A stretch of DNA of 64,000 nucleotides, taken from contig CM106586.1 in NCBI GenBank assembly GCA_048013815.1, positions 16,492,001 to 16,556,000 of the forward strand. Reading direction: 5' to 3'. Below are positions 11,535-23,800 of this stretch, piece by piece. The stretch is from Setoptus koraiensis. Lineage: Eukaryota > Animalia > Arthropoda. A program made the position numbers and the translations under genes. The notes below the pieces were generated by a model that did no database searches, had not been told where the DNA came from, and worked only from the letters and a program-made list of their open reading frames with translations. Numbering within the stretch: position 1 is the first letter of the stretch; every line of letters starts with the position of its first letter.

Positions 11535-14500
11535 CTATTCACTCATCAAATATTGGGGCATATACACATCTCGAGACGAAAATTCTGTCTCATTGTAAAT
11601 TCCTCCATTTATTACCATCTGCAAAGAATGTAGGTAAAGAAATGTAAGGCGAGAAGGATCGATTAGAAAAAGTTTCCTATTGAAAAGGTTAAATCTGAGC
11701 TCACGCACAAGATTCTTTTTCAACAACCTACCTGATTGTAACCCATTCTGTCCGCATTGAGGGCTTGTGAAGATCTCGATTTAGACTTAAGTGTAGCACC
11801 TTGTCTGCCTTGGGCATGATGGCCTCCTTGTTGCTGATTGAATATTAAGTTCTGCTGATGATATGATTGATTTCTCGACGTTCCTCCACGTTTAGTGACG
11901 CCACCTAAGTGACCAACTGTTGCACCTGACGTGTCTATACAAAGTTCGCGATCATCAGCCATATATTGTGACGGATCAAATGTTGGAGAATGACTGTTCA
12001 ACATGCGTTGCTGTGGCGAAGAATACAAATGATGATGCTGCTGATTGACTAACATTTCGGGGCTCTGTAAATTTCGAAAAAGATCAATAACAAGATTAAG
12101 AAATGATTTGGTTACATTATTGAGAATACCTATCTTGTTAGTATTACCATTCAGTTATTTTTACTCACCAGATAGTAACAATTTCCCATTCGAGACTTTT
12201 CATGCTTAACCGGTGGTAACTGACCATTCATCGTTTCTTGACTTACACCGTATATTTGGGTGCCGATTCGGGGATCACAAGCTAAAGTGCGATAGTTATT
12301 CGATGAACCATTATGAGCTGCGTGCAATTGTGCTACGTAATTACTCTTTGTTGTGCCTCCAGCTCCACCATAACCATGAAGATGATGACCACTTAAAGTG
12401 TAGCCTCCATTCGCTCCACCCCTCATTGTGTGACCTCCGTTGTAGACAGTCCCATTACTGGCGCCAGCAATTCCAACTATTCCACCGGAATAGCTCTGAT
12501 TAGATGGTGACGTCTGATGTGATGACGATGAGAGATTTAATGAACGACCGCTTAAGCCACCGTTAGATGACGAAGCAGAGGTTATCATGCCTTGATCTTG
12601 GTGATGATTGTAGGCTGAGGATATCAGGTTATTTGTGGAGCTATTGACATAGCTAAACGTTAAACCGCTTGTGGCCGACATGGCATCTATCTTTTGCTGT
12701 TCTTGTTTCCAACGTTGATTATATACATACAAACACCAGAAAGTAATGATGAATATGATGAGAGCCGTTAATGAACCACCAACCGCAACTGCCATTACCT
12801 CGCCATCGATATCGCATCTAGTTCCGATGAAATTTCCTCTGCATTTACATTGTTTCTGACCGTCTATAATATGACATTCGCCTCTATTAGAGCAAAAATT
12901 TGGAGAACAGCCTACACACTGACGGCCCGAATCTCCTTGACTTTTATCTTCGTAACCCGGTAAACATTCGCACTGGAATGTACCAACTTCATTTGAGCAA
13001 ATAGCATTCTTTGAGCAGTCATTTAAATCTTTATTGGCACACTCGTTTATATCCTCCAGCGGTGAGACGGCGTCTGAACCATTGTCAAGCCACAAGCTGC
13101 TATCACCCAAGTTTCGTTGCCTACTGTTAGCAACTTTTAATAGTTCTTCTTGAGTTGACCGTCTGATGTTTTGAAGTGACTTCGTTTGTCTGTTTGATTC
13201 GAGATTCACCGTCATGTGGATAAGGACCTTCCCTTTTGGAGTTGAAGTAAAATTATTAACTTTTGCTCCCATAAACAACTTAGCAAATTTTGTCGACTGA
13301 AAAGCTGTACCTATAGCCTGTAACGACTCAAATTCCAAATACTGATATTCTGTGCTGTTTAGATCAGTTAAAGTATTATTAAACACGAGCTTCTTTTCAC
13401 TGATTCTGTCAGCTCTCAAAGTCACACCATATGTCACGCTAAGAATGCAGGGGCCTCTTAGTGTAGATGTTCGAGCATAGCCTGGCTTGCAATGACATAA
13501 ACTACTACCGTGTTCTACTATACACCTTTCATTGTGAGCTTTTTCACAGGAATTTTCGTCGTTCGGCACGCATGTATCTATTCGAACAAGTGGCTGTGTT
13601 CGAGGCTTGAACGGAGGCCTTCGTATCACAACATGTCCACCTGTATTTGCAGTGTTGTTAATAGGATTGCTGGGTGAATGAGTGCTAGCATCATTTGAAC
13701 TTTCTCCGTTTAAATCGAAATTGCCAGACTCTCCAAGACTGTCACCAGAATTTTTCGCTTCTTCATTTGCTCCTGACACCTGAAAAGAGCTGGATAAGGC
13801 GTTCACACTTTGTCTGGGATAGGTTGAACTTGAACTATGATGATTTGGAGTATCTGAGTGTGGAAAACCAGGCAAAAGATTTCGAGAACCCGAATTCTGC
13901 TTTGTATCATTAGCAGTCACAGTTAATCCGGAACCAATTTGCATTACTGGGCCTCCGCCACTTCTGACTGCTGGTGGTAAGTGACGAATTCCATGATTAT
14001 TAGCTCCAATTGAACTACGACCGGAATGTTGAGATGCATAAGGTCGTACCTCATCCATGTCAACTGGCACGATAAATGGTTTACCTTGTGCAGGTACTGA
14101 AGTCTCTATGCTAGCCTGTCCAGTTACAGGACTCGGGCTCAAATTTTGCCCAATACTTTGCCCGAGAGTACCTACAGGTGCAGCGGGCCGGGCCTGAGAG
14201 TGGGCTTTACCATAAACGACTGGAGCGTCTTCAATTTTCTTGCTTGAAGGTGAGTATAACTCACTTTTAACTGTCGTAGAAGGTGCTAAGGCCGGCACAG
14301 GAGTTGATGGCGGAGAGTTTGTAGATGACCAAATAATAGTTGTTGTGGATGTTGGTTGGACGAACCGAGAAGTAGGTTTAACCAGGGTTGAGATGTCCAG
14401 AGAGTCATTGGGTTGTACCGCTTCATTGACATCGCTCTTCTTTTTGGTTAGAGATGTTTCGTTTGCTGATCCTCTGTTGAATAGATTTCGTTGATCTAAA

Positions 14501-16305
14501 TTTGTTGGTGCGCCCATTTGTTGCGATACTACAACCTCGTAGCTAGATTGATTCCTTGCATCTGGATTGTAGTCTGGAGACACTGTAAGAATCTCCAGTG
14601 CAGGCTGCAATGTAACGCCACCAACTGTATTGCTGCTGAGTTGAGTTTTGTTTCGCGACGAGGCGCCTATACGAGAACTCTGGTCCAGCGGAGACCAGTT
14701 AGAAATCTGTTCTGTTTGCTTTTCGATGGTACTCGACACGGTGGTAGCCGACACGGTGGTAGCCGACACGGTGAGAGACGGTGATGGCGGCTGAGGTGTC
14801 TGGCCGTAGCTTGATGGTTGCGATGACTGATCAATCCAGGGCGTAGTATTGGAAGAGGCTGTGGTAGTTTCTAGTTGTGGCATACTTGTTTCTAGCACTG
14901 TATTGGATGGCCTTTGAGCAGAAGAATTGTTTTTGCCACTATTGACATTGATTGATTCTTTATTTGTGTTGTTCTCTTCTTTGTCTAGTGCAATAGCTGT
15001 CGTTGTGGGTGACTCAAATTCAGAATTGGTACCAGGATCAGTTTTCTTTGTATTTTCATCTGGTAAGATCGCGGCATCATTTGTGTGCGAATTAGTTGAT
15101 TGTTGCTGTTGCTGCTCTGTCGACTTTTTCTCTGGCGCATTATCATCGGATATAACTTTCATCACAGAATTGTTATTATTACTAGTTGGGGTGCTTGCAG
15201 ATTGAGGTGCTGAATGGGTTATTGTAACAGTAGCAGGTTCACCATGCGCAATGCTGTGGTTTTGCTGTTGCTGTTGATTTGACACTACGGGTGCAGTGGT
15301 GGCAGCATTACTACTCTGTTGAACTGGCTTTTGTTGTTGCTGCTGATATAATGGTCGCATATTGCTGTTCTGGGCTATGACATTTAGCTCTTGATTGATA
15401 TTGTTTGTTGATTGCAACATTGATGTCATTCTGTTACTATTGATTGCATTGGTATTCCAATTGCGTTGGTCATCGTTGGCATTGATTAGCATCGGTGGTG
15501 GCGCTGGGGACACTCTCGGTTGTGTCATTGGGCTATGTAACAAGTTGATAGGGTTTAGGGGGCCAATATTGGGCCGATTATTTACTGAAGGACTAGGATA
15601 ATTGATTGGTGTAGGCTGTTGTTGTTGTTGCTGCTGTTGTTGCTGATGATGCGCATTCAACGGCGTGTACCCGTGTCTATTTTGATTAAGCAAATGTGAT
15701 TGCTGATTATTATTGATGTTGTTAATGTTGCCTAAATTGTTGTTGTTGTTGTTATTTATGTTGTTGTTGTTATTCATGTTGTTGTTGCTGAGCTGTCTGA
15801 CTTGGTTCAACGTGAGCGGGGCCCCTTGCGATGACGAAATGATGGGTATGTTTTGGGGTCTAAGAACATTGGGCACATTGTGGGCTGGTATGGGCGATTG
15901 TGGGTTGCTCAAGGGAATGGTGGGCTTTTGATCATTGGTCAACTGCAACTGCAGTTGCTGCTGCTGCCTAGATTGTGGATTGGCAGAAAAGAATTGGTTG
16001 GCCAGTTTTTGATGATGATGGCCAAACGGCGGGGCCTCTGCGGCCGACTGGTAAGCGGCGCCCACCGGTGACTGGAATTGATTTTGGTTGTTGAAGGGCT
16101 GCAATTGGTGCTGTTGTTGCTGAGCACGCAACATTTGGTAGCTGGGCTGGTTGCTGTTGGCGGGCCCAATTTGTGGTTGTGGTTGTTGCTGCTGCTGCTG
16201 CTGGGGGTGATATTGGGCCAGGACGAGGGAGACGCTGGCCGGATTTGGGTTGATGTTGGGGGGCAGCAGCGCTAGGCAGGCGAATGCGATCAGCTTTAGC
16301 AACAT
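11535..16305 (-). CDS. Type I membrane protein: signal peptide, Q/N-rich and S/T mucin-like ectodomain, EGF-SEA-cbEGF-EGF, TM, cytoplasmic tail (pawn / 63-kDa sperm flagellar membrane protein-like); exons 16305-12169, 12064-11732, 11618-11535 (~1517 aa)
   Basis: Signal peptide MLLKLIAFACLALL; EGF cysteine patterns (CVPNDENSC...CHCKPGY; DINECANKDLNDCSKNAICSNEVGTFQCEC; CSPNFCSNRGEC...CKC...GTRC); SEA-like region between them; TM AVAVGGSLTALIIFIITFWCLYVY. Two phase-0 GT-AG introns (12065-12168, 11619-11731) join the long ORF to two downstream ORF fragments. Confidence 0.85.
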
Positions 16306-18302
16306 GTTTCGCCAACTATCATCTTTTGTCGCATCCGCCAGACGATGTGAAGCCGGTGCTTGTGGTGCTGCAAATTATTATCTCTTGCCGCTGAGATGCT
16401 GTTTGCACTGTGTGTATGTTTGTGGCTGGTCACGAATAAATCATTGGCAATAATCACTGTCGAATGTTCGCCTCTTCATGTTGCTGGGCTGTTTCTCGGC
16501 GACGAATCTGTTTCTGAACGCCACTAATATATTGACGACGATACTGCTGACGATATTGACGTATTGCTGTGTGATGTATTGCTGTGTGATGTATTGCTGT
16601 GTGATGTACTGATGTGATATGCGAGTTGATGTGATGGCAAGTATTGACACGTATTGAGGAACGTTCTAAATTCTATTTTCTATGATCTATTTTCTATAAT
16701 TTGTCGCTGTTATCCGGCCCTTGCTACTTGTTGCTGCTGCTCGAGTCGAATCAATGATACGAGTCGCCGGCTGTTGTATGCAAATCGTGCTGGCTGACGA
16801 CGGCGATTGGTTAATTGGGGAATATGTCGAAATTGAGAATTAAAATTAAGATAAAAATTAAAATAAAATTAAATGCAAATGCTGGCGAGTGGGCACCGTT
16901 GGGGCAGCGGCCGAGTGCGTTCGATGTGCGTCCAGTGTGTACAGTAACAGTGTGTGCAGTAACAGTGTGTGCAGCAACAGTGTGAGCAACGTTCGGTGCA
17001 GCGAACTATTCCGTGTGGCCAACAACCGAATTTTGTCTGTCTGTGTGTGTGTGTGTGTGTGTGTGTGCTGGCTAGTCGACACGGTGCAGACCAGACAAAG
17101 GAAGCTCCGCCGACCTCAGCTCAGCGAGCGCCGTGGCATCGAACTGGCGCTCGCTGGCTCAAGCTGCCGACTCAAGACTGCCGATTCTCGACTCGCGACT
17201 CAAGACGCTCGCTCGTAGCTTGTGGGCGCTCGCTGTTGCCAGCGGCGGCTCGCCTGAGCCCACTCGCTGGTGCAACTTGCGAGCGCCTGAGCCCGCTCGT
17301 TCGCTGTTGCAACTTGTGAGCCGACTCAGGTCGTCCGATCATGCAACGATCATGCAACTCACACACATTGCGCTACTTGCACCACGTCATGTGTGCACCG
17401 GATCGAACACATGACATGCAACTTGCATCGGACGGTGCACGGCCGACGCAACACCAAAGCAACTCACTTTGGAGTCCAAAGTTTGGACTGCAAAGTTTGG
17501 AGGCAAAGTGAGTTGGGCAAAGCTCCTCTGGGACGGAGCGGTAAGCATTCGGCGTGACTCAGTCACGCTGACTCGCAGCCAGTGGCGCTCTCGAGACTCG
17601 GGCAACTAGAGTCTCGAGCTGCCATTTGCAACTTGCCAATCTCAAGTTCAAACTGGCGCACATAGCACACGCAGCCTGGTTTCGTTGTGAGTGGCGCCGC
17701 CACAGACGCTGCGGCCAACTGCGGCGACAATGTTACGAGATGCTCTGCGCAAGCGGCCGCCGAGACCGGCCAGACTGTCGGGCGCGCACATTTTGCCAAT
17801 TCGAGCTGCGAGCTGCGAATTGCGAGCTGCGAATCGCAACCCAAATTGAGAAAATTGCCAAGCTCGATCCGGTGTCCGGCCGCTGACTTGTGAGACAAGC
17901 GGTGGCCAGTTTGTCATTGTTTGCTGTGACGGCGGCCACAAGTGACGGCGGCCGCAAGTGACAGCTCGAGCCGCTCGCAAATTACGCAATCGGAGCGCAG
18001 GGCGCTCGTCGCGCCCGCGCACAGGCCGCACCAAGCGGCCAGGTGAGCGCGCCTGGCCGTTGCTACGCCGCGGCAGCACGGGCATTGTTATTTATCATTG
18101 TGTTTGGGGCGGCCGCTGGCCGCCGATGTGTCTCGGCCGGTGCGCACCATTTCGTGAAACCATTCGGACTCTGCACCCGCGCTTGTACGATCTGCCGTCA
18201 GATTGGCTGCCCAGCGCGTCCACTGTCGATTCGGATCGATGGCCGACGTTGGCGCGTCGACCGGCGGCTCGCCGCCATCACGATGAAATGATGGAATGAT
18301 AA

Positions 18303-18434
18303 AACGATGAACTGACGAACTGACGAAACGATGAACTGACGAACTGACGAACTGACGAAACGACGAACTGACGAACTGACGAAACGATGAACTGACGAAA
18401 TGACGAAACGATGAACTGACGAAATGACGAAATG
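18303..18434. repeat. Compound minisatellite of ACGAACTG / ACGAAACGATGAACTG units
   Basis: Read directly. Confidence 0.85.
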
Positions 18435-20772
18435 GAAGCGGTCGGCGGAAACAGTTGTTTGCATTATGCGGCCCCGTTGTCAGTGGCATTGTGAGCGCCG
18501 TTGAGCATTGTTGAGCTTGCGGCGAGCAGTCGCAGTAAAAGTTGCGCCGGGAGCGTGCCTTATCATTGATAGGCTATCAAGCCGGCCCAATCAACAATAA
18601 GATGGATTATTCAAATGACCGTTATGTTTGCGCTGGCCGCATTGGCATTCGTGCTGGCCTGTTCGCATTGGCGTTTGCGTTTCGCTCTCTTCGGCCCTCA
18701 TGCGGCCATTACACACGCATTATAGACACACATTATGCATTATACACCTACTATGCACATATTACACACAGTATACATGTTATGTGTGTGTACAAATGCG
18801 GCCATTACATGCGCGATCAAACACTGCATAATGGCCCGACGAGTGCACCGGACATGCCGGCAACGGCGGTGATTGTTGTTGTTATTGTTGTCGCTGCTTG
18901 AGCAACGGGCCGGCAAGTGAGTTTGCCAATTTAAAGGATACATTGCGCGCACAATGGCAATTCATTTGCGACCGGACAGCCGATGGGCCAATCAGGCGCA
19001 AATACCTGGCGCAGGTATTTGCGTAACAAGTGGCACTGCGGCGGCGGCGGCGGCATTGTGAGCGCTGCGAGCGTTGTCAGTGTTGCGAGCGCTCGGCGCA
19101 GGCCGGACGCATGTGGCACAACAGTAACAAAGAGGGATCCCGTTGTTTGTTGGCCATGTCGATCAGTCATCATGATTGCATAATGCGTCAGTTTGTTGAA
19201 TGGCGCCGGCCGTCGATGAAATTGATGGAACTGGCGCCGCTCGCTACCTGTTGCTAGCGCCGTTCCCAATCTGCCGGCGAGCGTCTGCCGGCGCAGCAGC
19301 GACAGCAACAACAACAGCGACAGCGCCAGCGACGCCGGCCGGCCGAGCGGCGCAACGGGCCGGTCCTTGGACGGGCGCATTCCTTCGGCGGGCATTGTGC
19401 GCCGTTATTATCGTCATTATTGTTGTTATTATCGTCTAAAAGTAGGCGCACAATTCTCTCTGCTTTTACTTTTGGCAATACTGGCCGCGACGCTCATTGT
19501 GACGCCGGATCGCAACGGCAACGCAAACACACAATACAAATCATCGTCGTGATGATTGCCGAGCTCTCTCTCTATCCCTCTGTCTGTCTCTCTTGCTCGC
19601 TCTCTCTGGCAGCCAGAGTCTGGCTGTCAGCTTCGTCGCGCCGCGCCGTGCCGCGCAATGGTCCGGCCGGCGGCAAATGGCACTGCTGCCATCAGTGCGC
19701 TGGCCGTTACGTAAGCTCGTATCGTGTTTGCAGTTTCTAGCAGTGTGTGTGTGTGTGTGTGTGTGCAGCGGACAGTGTCGCTTTTGACAGTAATTCATTA
19801 CTGGCATACCTGTGCATACCTACACATAGTTGCACAATGCACTTTGCATAGTTGCAACTGCGCTCACTGAGTGATGCATTCACTTGTTGAGCTGACTCGT
19901 TGAGCCGACACCAGTGGAGCTGGCTCGTTGCGCAATGCGTTGCAGCAAGCTCATTCACGATCACTCACTCACTCAGCAGCGAACAACTCGCTCCGGCTGG
20001 CAGCCGTTCGAGTGCATGCACCACCGAAACGAACACAACACTGACCGTTATCCCTGATGCGTGATGCGCCGCTTTTGTTTGTGGGTGCCAGCCAACAACT
20101 GACTGGCAGCAGCAGCAGCGGCAGCGGCACACTAACGGCAACAACTCGAGGGTGAACTAGATTCGAGAGGCGTCTTGATGTCTTCACCTAATTTCGTTCT
20201 TTAGCGTCTTGTCGACGTGCTGTCGGCGTGGCGTTGCTCTCGTTTGCCGTTGTGTGTCCAATTGTTCAATGGCCATAGCGTAACAGTCACTGCTGTTAAA
20301 CAGTGTCGACCGTGCTCATCGGCCGACACTGTTGTTGCGGGCCTAGCGAGTGGCATGCAAACAAACAATTGTCTAATTGAGACACTTCTCGCCGCTTGTG
20401 TCGTGTCGGGCAATCGTGTGCCATTGTGCGCGCAATGCGCGCACAATGACTCACATTATGCAATACACAATGCGCATTATGCGATACGCAATACGCATTA
20501 TGCAATGTGCACACTATGCACGACAAGCCAGTGTCACTGGTCATCGTTCATTGTACGTCATTCATTGCACGGCAACCCACGACAAAACAGCAAACGCGGT
20601 GCCTTACCAGAAGTCCGCTCCGAGTCAGCGCAAGCTCTAACAAGTTGTAAGGGGAGCACAATGCGCATCGCCGCAACTGTCGCAAATTGTCACTTTCCTT
20701 TTCCGGTTTGGCCGGCGCCAATTTCAGCGTTTGAGCAGCGCATTCGAGCCGCGTAAAAGGCGCCGCAATGCA

Positions 20773-20773
<1 letters not shown>

Positions 20774-20834
<61 letters not shown>
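20774..20834. repeat. (CA)n microsatellite, about 30 units
   Basis: Uninterrupted CA run; shorter (TG)n runs lie near 17042, 19744 and 52503. Confidence 0.95.
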
Positions 20835-20837
<3 letters not shown>

Positions 20838-23800
20838 ATGCAAGAATGCGCGAGACGCGATGATTTGTCGGATACAAGAAATGCAAGCCAGACTCATTTG
20901 TCCACTTGTTGGTTTACCGTTAGCGTAATAGTGGCGAGCGGGCGTTTTTAGTTGTTGCCCGTTTGCCGCTGTTGCCCGTTTGCCGTTGTTAACCGTTTGC
21001 TGCAGTGCAACCAGGCGCCGAGTTGGCCAATTGAGCACACTGCTGGCCGCGATCGTCGTGACAATCAACGAGACGCCGCCATTGTTGCTAATTGGTCATC
21101 GGCGACGCTTGCGCTTGCAATCACAATTATGCAAATTCGCTCATGATTCACGACCCGTCATCGGCCACATGCCGCATGCCATCGCGTCGCTGTGTTGACT
21201 CGCCATGTTGATTCGCAAATTGCGTAGCGCAACTCAACGCATCTTGGCATGTGTCGGTTGGTATCGCACGACATGCGCAATGCGATCGCCGTTTAAACCG
21301 GCTTTTGACAGTGGCCCACATTTGGTCGTTCGTTGTTCGTGCCCGACACTTTTCATCGCTTACCTGTCGCTTGTTACCTGTCGCTTGTTACCTGTCGCTT
21401 GGGTCCGATCTTGTGATTTGCGTCCGATCCTGTGATTTGCGTCCGATCTTGTGATTTGCGCAGCGCAGCGCTTCGCGAGCCACCGCCGAAAGTCAACGAG
21501 GCAGCGGACAAATCACTGTTACTGTTGCTCGTTGCCCGGCGGTTCGCCGTCGACTCGACCGTCGAGCATCAATGTGTCGAGCTCAAATGTGTCGAGCTCC
21601 AATGTGTCGAGCTCCAGCGTGTCGAGCAGCAATGAGCATCATTTATATACACACACATTGGTCGCAAATTGGCACTTTTGCGCCTGATCCGGCCATAATG
21701 ACACAATAGATCAGAGCAGGCTGATGGGCGCTAATATGCGTGCGATCCGCATCAGGTGAGCGGGCCATGGGCAACTGGCCGATCGGCGCAATTGGGCCGA
21801 AATGGCGCGGGACGAATGGCGCCGTGCTCACTCATGCGGTCGACACATTGTTTCGTCGGCGCCGGAAGGGCGCAATTGATACCGTATCAATGATACCTTA
21901 CCAATGATACCTTATGAATGATCGGACAGAGACGGTCGGTTGCGGCGCGCGGGCATGGCCTCATTCGGCTCGCTCGGCGCACGCCGACAGCTTGCCGATG
22001 TCAGCAGCGGTCGGCGCTTTGTACACTGACAGATCGCCAAGGCCGCTAAGGTGGCAATTAGTGGTCGAGTTAATGGGCAGTTAATGTGCGCTCAGGGATG
22101 CGCTCGCATCGCCGAATCGCTGCACGATTGCGCGCCGCCGGATCACAATTGCGCGCCGCCGGATCACATTTGTGCGCCGCGTCGCACAATCGACCATCAG
22201 CTGACCGATGACAGCGACGATGCGCGCTGTCATCGGTCAGCTGACTGTCATCGGTCGGCCGTTTGTCGTCGGTCGGCTGTTTGTCGCTGGTCGGCTGTTT
22301 GTCGTCGGCCAAGCCGGCTCGGTTTGTCAGGCGCTGTGTCGATGCGCGACACAGCGGCCAGACAGCGATAGGCGACAGGTGTCGACGGGCGGCGCGTTGA
22401 GCGTCGCGCCGAGCCAGTTGACCTACAACAATGACATGACCACCGGCCAGCGGCCAAGACAAACAAGCGATTTGTTGTTGCTGGACCCGGCCGGGCATCT
22501 CATGCGCCGTCCACTGTCGAGGGCCGCCGAGACGCCGCGACGACAAAGCATCTCGCCAGTATCATATGTCATTAGGTCGGCGCATTGTTTGCGCGACGTT
22601 TGTGTGGCCGCATGTGTACCTGTCGTCGGCGTTGCTGTTGCTGTCGTTGTTGTTGTCGCTGTTGTCGTTGTCGTCGTCGTCGATGTTGCCGCTGTCGTCG
22701 ATGTTGTTGTAGCTGTTGCTGTTGTGGTCGCCGCCTGGGAAAGCCGTAGAAAAGTGTGAGAAATTGTGTGTTGGCATCAAATCGCCGCCGCCGTATGAAT
22801 GGTGTCTGAGGCCGGCGAGATCACACTCATGCTACATGAGCGATGCAGACGAGCGCGGCGATCGTCGCGCCGAACGCCGCGAATCGCGACATGCAAGCAC
22901 AGCCCAATTGCCCATTATGTGTGTTACGTAACGCGCCCAACAAATTGCTGGCAACAATGGCACGGCCGGTCGCTATCGACAGCGCCGGCGTCATCGTCAT
23001 TATCGGCGCTATTGTGCCGACATTGTGTGTGTTTGTGCGAGCACACACACACACACAAATACAAACAATGTCCCCTGGCAAGCCAATTGGGCAGCCTGGG
23101 CGACGCTCTCTCTCGCCATGAGAATGTTTTTCTGATTTTCTGTTTTTCCGTTTTTCTGTTTTTCCGTTTTTCCGTTTTTCCGTTTTTCTGTTTTTCTATT
23201 TTTCTAATTTTCAATTTTTCTCTTCTCTTTTTCTGTTTCTCTCTGTCGCTCGCTCGCTCGGCTTCGCGGCTTCTCTACTGCTCTGCTGCTCGGATTTTCG
23301 TGTTCGGCCTTTCGCCTCGCCGCGTTTCTATGTCTGCCTCCGCTGGCGCGGCGCTCCCGTTCGCCGAGTGTTTGTTTGTGCGCCAATTGGACCTGTCGCT
23401 CATTATGCGATATGCACCAATTATTGCCGCTCGGCCAACACTGTCAGTCGGCATCGGGCCATTGTTTTGGCCGGCCAGCGGCGCGCAAACAAGCCGCCGC
23501 ACCGTTCGTCGCAATATTCGTCGCACCGTTCGTCGCATTATCTGTCGCGCTATTCTTTGCATTATCGGCTCACCTGTGCTGCAGCGCCAGTTACCTGGCA
23601 GCGCGGCTTGCAGTTTGCAGTTATTCGCTTGACTGTGACTGCCGCTGCCACTGACACACTCATATTCGAATATGCGAATATTCGAATGTTCGAATATTCG
23701 AATATTCGCCCTGAATACTGAACTACGATCAGCGACAGCAGCACCGTTTGCTACTGGTGGCGCAAGTTGCATCATTAGGTCAGCGGCATCTGGCTGGCCG

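Noticed and set aside
22799-23632. 277-aa ORF and the many 60-250-aa ORFs in both deserts (e.g. 54082-54822, 52558-52863, 58858-59205)
   Set aside because: Their translations are dominated by micro- and minisatellite periodicity and GC-rich stop scarcity, and they show no domain motifs or coherent splice structure.
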